Positions 26,939-63,808 of a stretch of 64,000 bases of DNA are shown piece after piece. The translations under genes were made by a program, and so were the position numbers. Source of the stretch: Hormiphora californensis. Taxonomy: Eukaryota > Animalia > Ctenophora. Below the pieces are notes generated by a model that was given only the letters and a program-made list of their open reading frames with translations, searched no databases and was not told where the DNA came from. The stretch is taken from contig CM035357.1 in the NCBI GenBank assembly GCA_020137815.1, forward strand, positions 6,324,001-6,388,000, given 5' to 3'. The stretch's first letter is position 1; every line of letters starts with the position of its first letter.

Positions 26939-28533
26939 GTAACAGGTCTGCTTCACGTGCGCAATTCTCTCCTCTTATAGCTATGCAATTTCTATCCATG
27001 TCCTTTCCGTGAAACCCCTGTCGTCAGAGCATATTCACCTGACAGTGCAACCCTCTAGCAGTGAGACGTCTAGAGTAGTTAAAGGTGGTGAGACAGAGAG
27101 TGCAAGGCAGCCGCATGATTTTATAGTGCTTTTTAATGGCCACCTTTTGTTCTCTCTCCATCTGTCTCGCTCTCTTTCTAGGGTCGTCCCAGTGTAATTT
27201 CCACGTCTACTCGTCTTACTAAAACCAGGTCATACTGTACTATCTTTCAGGGCATTGCGCCCTATTCGAGAACCGTGGTCATAGCATTGTCCTGACAGCT
27301 GCAGTGATATTGAACGAGAAGATTCTAATGCTAATAATGATAGAGAAGTGTTGGGTCACAGAACATTGAGTCAAGATTGGGGCGTCAGACAGTCTCAATA
27401 TTATTGAGACTGTCTGACGACCCAATCTTGCTCTATCGTGCACTGTATCAAGGGGTCAGCGCCGCCAGACATCATTAAGTATCTTCTTAAAATGATTTAT
27501 TATCTTGCGTGATTGGACCAGCTCCTGCATTTGACAGCTAAACTTCAGCAATATGATCATGATTCGTTTTGATTCAACCCCCACCACGGACCGATCTTAC
27601 TCTCTCTCTCTCTCTACCTAAGTATTATTCAAGGCTACTCAATATATAACCATCTTTCTGAACTATCTCTATTTATTTCCTCTTTCTTTGGTGTAGTGTC
27701 TCAATTTAATTTAAAATACTTATGCATTAACCCTATAACTTTGGTTGCGAAAGTTATGCTTTCTTGTGCGGCGTCTTCTTCCCTTATACCCCGGCCTGCA
27801 TACCTTATACTCCTGCAAACCAATGTCTTCTCTTTTCTTAGTCACTGCAGTTAACCAACTCAAAACTCTCGAGTTAAACCACTTTTGCTCCCCTATTATT
27901 ATAGTGTGATCAGTTCTGTCTTATTATAGTGTTCCTTTGCCGTAGTTTAGTGTATGAAATGTAAAAAAAGTAATTATTATGCCCCCCCACGAGCCCTTTT
28001 TCCGGGTTTTAAAAAAAAAAAAAAGGGTTTAAGTTTTTGTGGGCCCAATTTTTTAATACCTCTCCCCCAAAAAGGAGGGGGGTTTGGAAAAAGGGGGGGG
28101 GGAAGGGGGGAGAAAAAAAGGGGGGGAAAAAAAGGAAAAAGGGGGAAAAGGGGGGAGGGAAAAAAGGGGGGGAAAAAAAAAAAAAAAGGGGGTTTTTAAC
28201 AAAAAGGGGGAAAGGGAAAGGGGGGAAAACCGGGGAAAAAGGGGGGGGGGGGGAAAAAAAAATAAAAAAAATTTCCAGGAGACAGTATCTTTGCAGTTGG
28301 GAAAAATTTTTTTAGTCTTGATTTTTTTTTTTGGGATTTTCCCCACTAAAATTTTTACAGTGCCCCTTGGGATCAATGTTATTGAGTCGGGGGACCTTAA
28401 AAAAGATTTTTCCCTTTTCCCCCTTTCTTCTACTTTCCTCTTTTTCTTTTCTTTCCCCTCTCTCTCTCTCTCTCTCTCACCCTTTTCTCTCTCTCTTTCT
28501 CTCTCTTCTCTCTCTCTCTCTTTTCTCTCCCCT

Positions 28534-28565
<32 letters not shown>

Positions 28566-28715
28566 TCTCTCTCTCTTCCCTTCTCCTCTCTCTCTTTTTC
28601 TCTCTCTCTCTCTCTCTCTCACGTGTAAAGGCAGCTGTGATGTTTACGAGAGACAAGATTGGCGTGCAAGGGATCCCATGTTTTTGCGTCACGGTCTCCA
28701 TTTTTAAAGTACCAA

Positions 28716-31700
28716 ACCGTAGTTTACTAGTTAGAGTTGAGGGCCCCCTGCACAAATGTTTAAACTCCCCTGATTTGATCGTTTTCTCTATAAAAAATTT
28801 CCGTTTTTTTTTGGACTGGCGGTGCGGGTATAGCTGATCTCTAATTTATTTGATCCCTGCTTTCAGTACCTCTCGATTGCATCAACTGCAACTACGAGAC
28901 CTGCTAGAGGTTTGGTTTGGTTTGGTTTGGATCGCTGAGTCGTCCGGGAGCAATGCTATCGAGTAGCAGCTGTGCGGTAGTAGAAGGGACTACTATGACT
29001 CCGTCGGCGTCTGGTCGGGCGTAATTGTGGGTCTGTCTGGAGACTTGTATTCAGAGCCGATGTCAGTCAGTCATTGTGCGTGTGGGGGCATTTACTCCAC
29101 TCTCACGGTCGGATAGTCTTGGCTCAGCTGCACTCTTCGCATCACTAGCACATGTATCGATACTTCGCCGTGAGAGCGATGTAAACACCCTTCACTAATA
29201 AACAAGTTGGCAAATTAGGGGGCGAGATTGTCAAGCGTTTAGTTGGCCGTTTCACTTTGTGAATAACAGTTGCCTGCTGATGGCTATGCATTAAAAGCCT
29301 GTTGTCATGTTTTGTTACGATGAGTGTCAGTCGAGTGGTCACTTCTCAAGCATGGGTCTGGGGTGGTCAGTTATTGTCGTGCTAGAAACTAATATAGTTT
29401 AGACCAGGAAACGACCGAACCGGGTTTTTTTCCACCGAACCGAACCGAACCGAATTTGAAAAACTTTTTTACCGAACCGAACCGAACCGAACCGAATTTC
29501 GGTAATCGAACCGAACCGAACCATACAAAACTTTTTCTGTATAAATGTTTCTCTAAAAAGTCATGGAGAGCACCGATCAAGGTATTGAGAATCATTCTCT
29601 GAAATTTTGTTAAAAAATGTTTGAAAAAATTTCAAAGTCAATTTTGTGAAAAAATTTTCAAAGTCAATTTTATCGTAAATTTTCTATGTCAATTTTTGCG
29701 TACGAATCGTGTTTCGAATCGGCAATGCTATACTGGAATGGTATTGCTAATTAGCAGGATTAAACGAACCATGACTCGTGTCTCTCTAAATTTCCTAATT
29801 AGATTTGATGGGGGATCACGTATCAGCACAATCCATCTCGGACCCACTAATTACCAACATCACTCCCGTTTAGCATTGTCGATTAGAAACATGATTCGTA
29901 TACCATAACTTACTTAAAATATTTTTCACAAAAAAAATTTCACAAAATTTCAGGTAATGATTCTCAATACCTTGATCGATGCTCTCCATGAATTTTTAGA
30001 GAAACATTTAATTTTGTGAAAAAAACTTTGTAAAATATTTCAAAGTCAATTTCGGAAAAAAAATTCTATGTCAATTTTGCCGTACGAATCGTGTTGCGAA
30101 TCGGTGATGCTATGCGGCAGTGCTCTCGCTAATTAGCAGGATTTATTGAAACATGAATCGTTTCCCCTAAACTTCCTAATTAGATTTGATGGGGGATCAC
30201 GTATCAGCATAATCCATCTCGGACCCACTAATTAAGCAACATCACTCCCGCTTAGCAATACTGATTCGAAACACGATTCGTACGCAAAAATTGACATAGA
30301 AAATTTTCCATAAAATTGACTTTGAAATATTTTCCAAACTTTTTTACAAAATTTCAGAGAATGATTCTTAACACCTTGATCGGTGCTCTCCATGAATTTT
30401 TTGAAAAAAAAGTTTCTGAATTTGTTGACCCTCTCATGAGGACACGATTCGACGGGAAGTCAGGTATCAAATCAATCCATATCGAACCCGCTAACTAGCG
30501 AAATCATTTCCACATAACACCACCGATTCGAAATAGGGTTAATACGGCGAAATTGACATAGAAATCCATACAATTTTCGTGAAATAATTGGAAAATTTTG
30601 CATGAAAAAGCCCGATTTCTGGGCATTTTTTGACCAAAAAATTCGGTGGTTCGGCCAAAATTTCCTACCGAACCGAACCGAACCGAACCGCCCAAAAAAC
30701 ACCGAATTTCCGAACCGAACCGAACCGAACCGAATATTCGGTCGCTTCCTGGTTTAGACAATTTAGGCAATCTCTCAAGCATTTTCTGAATTGGTTGTGT
30801 GAATATGAAATGGGATAGTTGTGAGCTGTGAAAGTGAAAAACATTGGTTTATACACGGTTTTGAGCATAAGCGGTTCCGCGTGGAGATGGGTATTGTGAT
30901 GAGTAGTTTGAACTTTATCTGCAGTCGATTGAGCGTCTTTGTGAGTTCTGTGGGTGGCAGCGCTGTAGCCAATAGTTGTTGCGCGCGATGTTTTTGCGCG
31001 TTATCTTGATGCGCATTTAGTTAGCTAGTTTCTGTTTGCGGTTTATGAAGTTGAAAAGCGCTGCCTTATCCCGCACCCCGGGGGCCAGCAACGTTTGCCA
31101 ACTTATGAAGTGATCCCCGGCGTCGGATTAACTTATGAAGTGATAAATGTAAGACCCAAAGCTAATAGACCCTCACTTATGTTCTGAGAAATTTCTCATC
31201 GCCGCAGCCCCACCCCCCTCCCGACAAGGCAGAGAAGTGAATTCCGTTCCGCGGGAAGATTTCGATATGACCTCCCCCCAGGCCGGGTACATCCTGGCTA
31301 GGCCGTCCAACCACAGCCCAGAGCGTGCGGATCATTTGCACGCTCCGAGCTGCGATTGGCTTTGCGAAGTTAGTGGTACTTACAACTTGTTGCTTGGTTG
31401 TGTCCAATTGATTCGTTGTTAATTGACATTTTTTTCTCAATAAATAGTTTTATGCATTATTGCCAGTGAAATAGCTTTCTCTATTGATGGTGGGTTGATG
31501 TGTCCAATACCCATATCACATATAATATCGCTAATGGCAAATATGCATTAGAGGGCACACCTTACGTTCGCACTTTGCTGATAAATCAATCCCGCATTTA
31601 AATTGTAAATTCGATCACTTGGCTACGAAAATAACAAATATATATGCTGATCCATGTACATTGCGGATCCATGTACATTGTATATACACTGTACATTATA

Positions 31701-32109
31701 TCCACATAAAAACTAGATATACCTGTATCGCTTGAACACAAGAATAGAGAATGCCACCAGTGCCAGTAGAAACTGAACTACAATACTGAATGAGTTGGTG
31801 AGGTTGCAGTTGTCTGCTGAGGTATCGTTCTTTGAATGGTCATCAACAACTGTCTGGGTTGCTCCGTGCGTTGCCTTCATGAGGGCTATGAGGGATAAAT
31901 TGCTACCGACCGTAGTTTACTAGTTTAGTAGTTGACGGCCCCTGCACCAATATGCTTCAACTCCCCTGAGTTGATCGATTTCTCTCTATACTTAACTTCT
32001 CGTTCTTTTTGGACTGGCGGTGCGGGTATAGCTGATCTCTAATTTATTTGATCCCTGCTTTCAGTACCTCTCGATTGCATCAACTGCAACTACGAGACCT
32101 GCTAGAGGT
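28716..32109. repeat. ~200-bp direct repeat pair (28716-28911 and 31909-32109)
   Basis: ACCGTAGTTTACTAG...GAGACCTGCTAGAGGT occurs twice; the 3' halves are essentially identical. Confidence 0.85.
29405..30751. mobile_element. Non-autonomous hAT transposon
   Basis: TIR CAGGAA(A/G)CGACCGAA; perfect 8-bp TSD GTTTAGAC (29397-29404, 30752-30759); (CCGAA)n subterminal arrays; internal ~400-bp tandem repeats; no transposase ORF. Confidence 0.92.
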
Positions 32110-32222
32110 CTTCGTTTTACTTATACAACACTCAAAAGTGTAAATTTTCACGCCGTGATTATATTTGTTCTAATCCACAACCCCTTGTTTATTGGTTGAA
32201 GACCTAGGTATATCTCATCTGT

Positions 32223-32511
32223 ATGCCGTTAATATCACCCCGGCTCCCAAAGTCTGCACGCCTACCAAAACCAACCTGCAACACAGCCCTGAAATGCCAA
32301 TCTGCGGAGTGCGTCTCAGGGAAACTAAAGGCATGTTGTGGGTTATTCAAAGGTGCCACGTCGGGGCGGTATTCACCGAGGGGTTGTGCGGAGCACATCA
32401 AAACCTCATCCTGCTCCCGACTGGATTCTCTTCGGCACCGGATCAATGACCACCAGAATCATCCTTATACCCCGCCAGTATCACCCCGACCGTGCTGTCG
32501 ACACAATCAAG
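32223..32511 (+). CDS. Candidate alternative first coding exon (96 aa, Cys/Pro/Arg-rich) of ADCY10
   Basis: ATG-initiated open frame MPLISPRLPKS...PRPCCRHNQ ending at donor AAG|GTAATT in phase 1, compatible with the acceptor at 42383. Confidence 0.45.
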
Positions 32512-32599
32512 GTAATTACTATTTAGAGAGTATCGAATTAGTTTTATTACTTGTTTTTTAGAGTCAGTATGAAATATATATATATATATATATATATTA

Positions 32600-32726
32600 T
32601 GCCAAAAACTAACAGAAATTAGTTGGCTGAAAAGGTGACCACTTTTGTTGTCAAATTGACACCTTTGCCCTCTCCGGGTTTCATCATCATCTTTCCCTCT
32701 CTAATTTATATCTCTCTCTTTCTCTC

Positions 32727-32776
<50 letters not shown>

Positions 32777-33866
32777 TCTCTTCCTCCCTATCTCTCTCTA
32801 TCTCTCTTCTCAAACTCCCTGATTTACCCCCTGATTTACCCAATCGATGATATCCGTAACCCGGGCCGGGCAAAGGTGTCAATTTGACAACAAAAGTGGT
32901 CACCTTTTCAGCCAACTAATTTCTGTTAGTTTTTGGCATAATTGGGGTACATTTTTGGTATTTTCTGATGTGAAATACAATGTAAGACATGTCTGGACGT
33001 GTAAAGACCGTCAGGAATCGCTAAAATACGAAAATTTTAATTTTGACGTCATTGTGACGTCATAGCGTGACGTCACGACGTTATAACGTCATGATAGGGA
33101 AGTATTATTATCATGCTCATTTAGATAAAGAGGCTGACCAAGTTTGAGATCGATTGGACAAGATTTGAGGTCGCTATGGCGAAAAACGCACTATCGTCAT
33201 ATCTATTTTCATACAGTCTTAACACTTCAGACGCGATTTGAGACCCTTAGAAATAGAGTTTTACAAATTCGCGATATAGTTTCTGAAAGTTTAGACGATT
33301 ATCTTTCATAAGTGTGGTCTCCGTTTTTCAATCAGAAACCGTCTTCAGGGTGTAAATTGAGCTCAAAGAAATTTGGTTGGTTTGAAAAATGTCTTATCTT
33401 TATGACAGTTTGTCAAGACGTTCTGATTGGACCTAGAACATAAAAACTATTCGTCTACACAATTTAAACGATTATCTTTCGAATGCAACAAACGAGAAGT
33501 GTCTATCTTATGTCGTTTTCTCTCAAAAACGATTATAAATTTGGTAAAATAGCGTCTATCCATAGATAGATAGATAGATAGATACATAGATACATAGATA
33601 CATAGACCCGGGACACTTATTGCTTTTTTCACGATGCCATATCTCTAAAACTAAAAGAGATAGAGACTTGCCCTTTTAAACTATAGTAGATCTAGACTAT
33701 GTGACACTGTATACCAAATTTCAGACTGATTGGTGGAGTGGGGGCCTCGCTATGGGCGTCGCAAAATGCCATTTTTGGCTAAAAACTGAAAAAAGTTATT
33801 ACTGCATTCTGGCACGCGCGGCTGGGGGGAGGGAATGGTCACCTTTGCGCTTGCCAGCGCAGTGAT
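32600..33866 (+). mobile_element. Helentron/DINE-1-like element (copy 2)
   Basis: Same layout as 14563-15912: 5' inverted pair around a CT tract, (TAGA)n, 3' GGTCACCTTT plus stem-loop TGCGCTTGCCAGCGCAGTGAT. Confidence 0.65.
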
Positions 33867-33870
33867 ACAT

Positions 33871-34948
33871 ATCACTGCGCTGGCAAGCGCAAAGGTGGCC
33901 CCATCCCATCCCCCAAAAACTTTTCCCGAAAAAGTGGGCCCGCTTGCCAACAGCGTAGATATAACAATTTTGAAGTTTTAGCCCATTTTGGCACTTTTCG
34001 ACCCCTCCTAACTCAGGAACCAGATGAGCTAGGATGCTTAAATTTGGTACTAAGAAGCTTCACATAGACCTCTACTGACGGTAAAAATTTCAAGTAGCTA
34101 GCTCATTCCGGTCGCAAGTTATGACACCACCCCCAAAACAGAAAATTCAGTGTGGCGATAGGTATATATATATATGTAGATAGATAGATAGATAGATAGA
34201 TAGATATATAGATATAGACGCTTCACTGTGTAACACTTGTAGCTCGAACCATACTAGCTAGAGACTTGAACCAAGTTTTATCCCTTAGGAAATCGTTCGG
34301 GGCATGCATTAGTTAAGGTTTCAAGTGAAAATGTCCACTATGACGGGCGTAATGACGTCACAAAGTGACATCATTGAAAAATCTCAGACCAAATATTTTC
34401 AAACGCCTCTAGCACCCTCAAGACATTTTCCAATTCCTGATTTGACGCAAAATCGTTAGTGGCAAATTGTCTGAACTTTCAGATACTATATTACAAATTT
34501 TTCTAACTTGTCATTTTCAGACCTTAAAACGCGTCGGAACTCAAAAATTTGATGTGAAAATCCACATAAAAACTCACATTTCGTGCGATAACTTCAGTTC
34601 TTGACTACCATGGCCTTTAAAACTTTTCACACGTTTAGTGCTTCATTGGCCGAATAGTCTGTCATAATATTTACGTCGTCGTGACGTCACATGTGACGTC
34701 ACGACGTCAAAACGACGTCGAATTTTGAAAATTTCGTCAAATCGGTTTCCTACAACCCATGATACATTTGAACACTTTAGTTGACAATTAGCTTAGTTGT
34801 TCGAGGTCATAAATGACCTCAAACGACCAAAAAAGAGCACGGATACCTCAATGTCTTTGAAGCCTTCAACTCAAAGGTGACGGAAATGAAGGAGTAATTT
34901 CAAAATGGGCCACCTTTCTGGCGAACTAATTTCAATTAGTTTTTGCTC

Positions 34949-34950
<2 letters not shown>
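33871..34950 (-). mobile_element. Helentron/DINE-1-like element (copy 3), tail-to-tail with copy 2
   Basis: Begins ATCACTGCGCTGGCAAGCGCAAAGGTGGCC (inverse of the 3' end) and ends with the inverse of the 5' AAAAACTAATTGAAATTAGTT...AAAGGTGGCCC motif; internal (TAGA)n. Confidence 0.65.
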
Positions 34951-34984
<34 letters not shown>

Positions 34985-36047
34985 CAAGTGATTTGAAAGA
35001 ATTTAACTTATTGATGCTTCATAACCAGGAGCATTGATGCTTCATAACCACTCTCCTTTTAGTCTTATTATCTCCCTGCAGTCTCCCTCTCTCCTAATTC
35101 TCTTAATCTAATTCGAGACATGCTCCTGGTTATGAAGCATCAATGTCTCATTCACTTATATGCAGAGGTGCTAGCCGTCAAAACCATGTTGACTACTTTA
35201 CTCTCTCTCTCTCTGTGACGTTCAAATGCAATTCTAAGAATAGCAGGCAGCAGCATCAGGGGGGAGTGCTTCATCTTAAATAGATATTGTTTGGAAGCGA
35301 AGGGGACAGATCTACACAAATCAACCAGTATTTTAGCATGTACGAGCTTCAAGTTCATGTGTATAAACATGACGCCTCGATTAGTGATTACTGTGGTATT
35401 ACTGTTCTTCTACACCGGGTTGTTCATCGTTATAATTTTACCAATCTGAATCATGACTGTCTCCGACAGTTTCAATTCTATACTTCCATGTACAACTACA
35501 TGTAGCCTCGATACTTCTCTAGTTCTCTTAACTTCTGTCGCATATAATATAGATTTCAGTATCTGAGTCCAGGAGTCCTGTTGACAGATTTCTAGTTAAA
35601 AATAAAGTAACGAAAAACTATTCGTCCTATACACCCACTAAGCGATTTTGACTGAAGTAAATTTCGCAACGTCAATTATCAAATTGGTCCAAGACATTTC
35701 TAACTCCACGACATCTAGAAACCTTGTCACCTCTTTGAAAGTGTCATTATATTTGCAGTGCTGCAGAGTTAACCCATCAATTTGACATCGCTGACATATG
35801 CAGCATTGCCAAAATATAATGGTTACAAATTTACATTGATTGATTGATTGATTGATTACACACATATAGCTCGATAACAGGTTTTCGTTAATTGTTACAC
35901 ACGTACTAGCGTTATGTGCAATTACATAATAAAGCTATATAATAGACGTGAGTTACTTAATACTTATCACCCATTGTCAGTCCGAATAGCACATTGTCTA
36001 GCCAGATATTGACACTTAGTTACTACTAAAATGATATCTTCTTTTAA

Positions 36048-36115
<68 letters not shown>

Positions 36116-37548
36116 TCTCTCTCTCACACAATGACTGTTTGTTAGAGTTATTTACCGTTCGTTGGAAATGCGGTTCAAATAATTACCTTTCTGTCCGATT
36201 AATTTGAGATAGAGTTGCGACTTGTGGATGCCGGATGGTGCGACACAGAGAGAGGGAGAATTTAAGAGAGATAGAGAGAGATGCATAGGAGAGAAAGAAA
36301 TTATCATATAGCGACATAGCAAAATTAGTTTTGGAACGCCGGTCACATTGAATTTACCACATCGTGCTGGGTGCCACCATCCCTCTACACTCGATAGATA
36401 GATTGCAATGTTGATGATACAGTTGGACCCCGATTAACCGGGATGCTCGGGGGTGGGGGGATTTAGCCCGGGGTATAGATCGGGGTCAAATACCGTCAAT
36501 TTCCTCAATTGGAGGAAGTTCATTCTCCCGGTAAATCGGGGTTCCGGTAAATCGGGGTCCGACTGTAATTGAATATTCGATGTTTGAAATATTTATTTTA
36601 GAAGTTTATAAATCCATTTAAATTGTTGAAATCCGTTTAAATTTAAAGGAATATGATAGCGATTCTTGTAATCGGATGGAGCACCAAACTGCACTGTCCT
36701 CTCTGCAATGCCACTGATGTGGATGATGATATTTAAAGACCCTTGTTATATAGCTATACTGCAGTAGTAGTCTGGTCAAAAACTCACTCACTCTCACTAG
36801 ACGCTCACAACGTATCATCATGATTGGTCATTAGCTTATCAACGAGGGAGAGGGAGAGGAAGAGAGAGAGAGAGATAGTGTGAGAGTGTGTGAGAGTGTG
36901 TGTGAGAGAGAGAGGGAGAGTGAGATCAGTGAACTGTTAGCCTTAGTGGTCACTCTCATTGTTGATATATTCGGTTGACGCACAAAACGTGAAAACGAGC
37001 TTTATCTGTTAATTACTGCTTCATCTCCTTTGTAGTTTTATAGTTACGTAGTATAGCCCCACCCCTCAGCACGCGTTACCAGGGGGCACTGATGACAGCA
37101 CCCCTGTGATACATCCATGTAACAATGTTGATTCGACGTTTAAATCATGTTCAGTTTCACTGGTGGCTGGCCTAGATAACAGAAGCTCACGACTCACATG
37201 TACAAGGATCAGCTTTCCTTGCTTTAGGTTTTGACAGCTACTATTAAGTCACATGACACACACATGGTAGTAGGCCGCGGTAGGCCACGTGTGATGGTAG
37301 GTGGCCGTAGGATGAGAAAAGTGACAGGACTTGAAGAGGGTGAGAAAAGGGAATATTGGATATAAAACGAGAGAGGAACCACGGAAGAAGTTCTGACGGC
37401 AAGTCATATGAGGCTAGACTGTCTGGCATGTCAAGTACTGAACAGTTGTTCAAATGTGCCCCCTCATACTCATAGTACAAAGGGGCAGATGGACTTTGAG
37501 ACACATGGTAAAGAGGGTATAGAACCTTCACTTTTTGGCCAATGCCCC

Positions 37549-39109
37549 CAGGGTGTCCCATATATTCTGTGGGTCGGTTGGCGAGCTGTCACGCAGAAAC
37601 GGTGATAGTTGTGTGAAAACAAACTACAGGAGTGTGCTGGATTAATTCCTTCCTATCTGATTGCTTTGTTTTAAATTAAAATTTCAAAAGTTCATTTTTC
37701 ATGAATGAACATTGCTGCCGTTCATTCATGAGTTCTGAAATATTGTTTACCTTGAGTAAGTAACTTTTCTTTGGCTCGCAATTATCTTTCCAATGAGCAC
37801 CATAAAAGTCAAATTGAAGCACCAGGTCTCATGACAGTTGAGAAAATGAACATGCATGATTTTGGCTCTTTTTGCGACTTTCAATCGGGTGTATCACCGC
37901 TACCTCATCTTCAATCTTTTTGAAACTTTGGGTGAACATTGGATAAGCAAAGATCTTCGCTCACAAGAATAATCAGGGTCATAACCCAAAGTTCATTTTT
38001 CAATTTTGGAAGTTCATTCCACTCATTCAGGAACCAACATCCCTAAAGCGATGAAAAGTGTTGGGTTTTGTTTGGCCCATGTCCTGCAACGACAGAGAGG
38101 TGTAGTGAGGTGTTTCAGAGCTAGTTAGTGGGTGCCATGTGATCATGGTGATACCTGACACCTCTCTGAGCCATAATTAAGGGATTTTCTCAAATTCAAG
38201 CATGTGATTTGCGTTTTCTTCGATTGGTATCGTGCAGCAATGTTAAGAGATCTCATAGTCCCTCGAAAATGATGGTTAATTCAATGAAAAGAGTTGATTT
38301 ATGATCGAAAATGGTCGTTGAGTTCAATTTGGCATCGGTTTTAATCTTATTGATCATAAACCAACTCAATTCATTGAAATAATCATCACTTTTGAGATGC
38401 CATGAGAGATCTCAACATTGCTACACGATACCAATCGCAAAAAACCCGAATTACATGCTAAATTTGAGAAAATCTCTTGATTATTGCTCAACGAAGGTAT
38501 CAGATATCGCCATGATCACATGGCACCCACTAACTAGCTCGGAAGGACGTTACTACACCTCTCTGTCGTTGCAGGACATGGGCCAAACAAAACCCAACAC
38601 TTTTCATCGCTTTAGGGATGTTAGTTCCTGAATGAGTGGAATGAACTTTCAAAATTGAAAAATGAACTTTGGGTTATGGCCCTGATTATTCTTGTGAGCG
38701 AAGATCTTTGCTTATCCAATGTTCACCCAAAGTTTCAAAAAGATTGAAGATGAGGTAGCGGTGATACACCCGATTGAAAGTCGCAAAAAGAGCCAAAATC
38801 ATGCATGTTCATTTTCTCAACTGTCATGAGACCTGGTGCTTCAATTTGACTTTTATGGTGCTCATTGGAAAGATAATTGCGAGCCAAAGAAAAGTTACTT
38901 ACTCAAGGTAAACAATATTTCAGAACTCATGAATGAACGGCAGCAATGTTCATTCATGAAAAATGAACTTTTGAAATTTAAATTAAAAACAAAGCCATCA
39001 GTTAGGAAGGAATTAATCCAGCACACTCCCGTAGTTTGTTTTCACACAACTATCACCGTTTCTGCGTGACAGCTCGCCAACCGACCCACAGAATATATGG
39101 GACACCCTG
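37549..39109. mobile_element. ~1.56-kb palindromic non-autonomous element with Tc1/mariner-like ends
   Basis: CAGGGTGTCCCATATATTCTGTGGG ... CCCACAGAATATATGGGACACCCTG|TA; the arms pair almost to the centre (~38330); TA is seen only on the right flank. Confidence 0.88.
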
Positions 39110-39575
39110 TATATACTGCAGTAGTTTGACTCAGACTAGCTCTCGGTTATGTAGAGCAGCACACTTCATTTTTGTAGACCACTTTCAGATCACTAGTACC
39201 ACAGTGGTGTCTTCTTACTGTGTGAGGTACATTTTCTTACTACTGGGCCACACTTCTAGACGTGTTTTAGTTGTAATGTTACAGCTTCCTCCCCTTGGTC
39301 CCTCATGAGAGCCATCCGATCAGCTGGTGGGAGGGGAGGGGGGCTCTCCTCTTGACTATTACACTATGTGCTACAGTAATGGTGATCTGAACTCCCTCAT
39401 GAAGTCTGATGTCAGGAGTTTGGGAGTAGCCCTGTAGCACTGGTTCCAATGTGATAGATAGCTGGTTTTTCATTTCTTATAGGCCCCATGTATATATTGG
39501 ATTAGAGTTCTGGATCGCACAACAGTGAGAGATCTATCGATATATTGGTCTGTGTCACAGTTCATCCTATACATC

Positions 39576-39675
39576 AGGAACCGACCGAATCAGGAAATAC
39601 TGGTCCCTGATTGGCTGATAACCAGTCACGTGACCTAAGTTCTGATTGGTTGTTTACTTAATTCGGTCGGTTCAT
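39576..39675. mobile_element. 100-bp MITE with ~9-10-bp TSD (Mutator-like)
   Basis: GAACCGACCGAAT...ATTCGGTCGGTTC inverted ends; CCTATACAT on both flanks. Confidence 0.6.
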
Positions 39676-40289
39676 CCTATACATTAACAACACACACAAC
39701 ACTGCAGTTCTGTATAGAACAATTAGATATTTCGCAGCTCCTTATATTGTTTCCCTTTAACGGCGTAACGCCTATATAGAACATCTTCTGTTTTCCAAAC
39801 TTCTCTCTCCTTTTTCCTCCCCAGCTCCCCGCGGCAGTCACGGCAACTCATTTTGTTTTACGTCCCCCCCCCCATTTAATTACTTTCATCTCTGTCACTA
39901 TTCTCTTTTCTCTCTCGCCCCTCCTGTTTCCCGGATGTGGTCGCATGGCGTGCTCAGCCCTCTCATGGCTCTCTGTGGCTCGAGCTCAACAAGTCCCGAA
40001 TTCCTCACGTGTTATATACCCTCACGAACTCATTTCCTCTCAGCTCAATCTCACGTACCACAATTCTTGTACTGACTCTCTTCCTACTATATCTTATACT
40101 ATCTAAGTGTCTTAGTGTTGTCGACGGTGCGTATGCAACTCCCCAGATTTCCCTTCCCCATCTGTTCCCCATCTGGTTTCCTTGCGGTAAAAAATCTTTA
40201 GAGCTTGCCACGACACGTATACTACATGTGTATGGTAGCTCGTACGCTGAAAAATTGCCACATTCTAATTATGATACTTCTCAGTTTCC

Positions 40290-40334
<45 letters not shown>

Positions 40335-40559
40335 CTCTCTATCTCTCTCTCTCTCTCTTTCCAGCTTCACTGTGTCTTCAAGTCTATATTAGTTCCCATC
40401 TAAGACCCTCTCAAGTTCTCCCTTTGTGGAAATGTCTGTTCATACCACGTACCCACATTCGACAAGTCGTCTATGAATTATGTTCGGTCTGATTATAAAT
40501 TATCCGGACTTTCCTTTTTTACTTTCGTCTTCACGTCGGTTATTTATTCGCACCTATTT

Positions 40560-40590
<31 letters not shown>

Positions 40591-40828
40591 CTAGATTCAG
40601 ATAGAATTAGGGTATGCACTTTTAGGTTACAGGACATCTAATTGTAGCCATGTGTAACAACCACGCGTTTCATAGCTGAATAAATACCATTGCCAATTAT
40701 AATATTGTAGTGCCTTTTTTAGTTTTAGACAAATCTATCTGATCTTTTTGAGATCTGAGAACTATATCGTGTATCCCCCTGATGCAATGTGAGATTGTAT
40801 AACTGCAGCACAGCAGCACGGGTGTGTC

Positions 40829-63808
<22,980 letters not shown>

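Noticed and set aside
39178-39385. Possible extra ADCY10 upstream exons
   Set aside because: Phase-compatible joining runs into a TGA stop.
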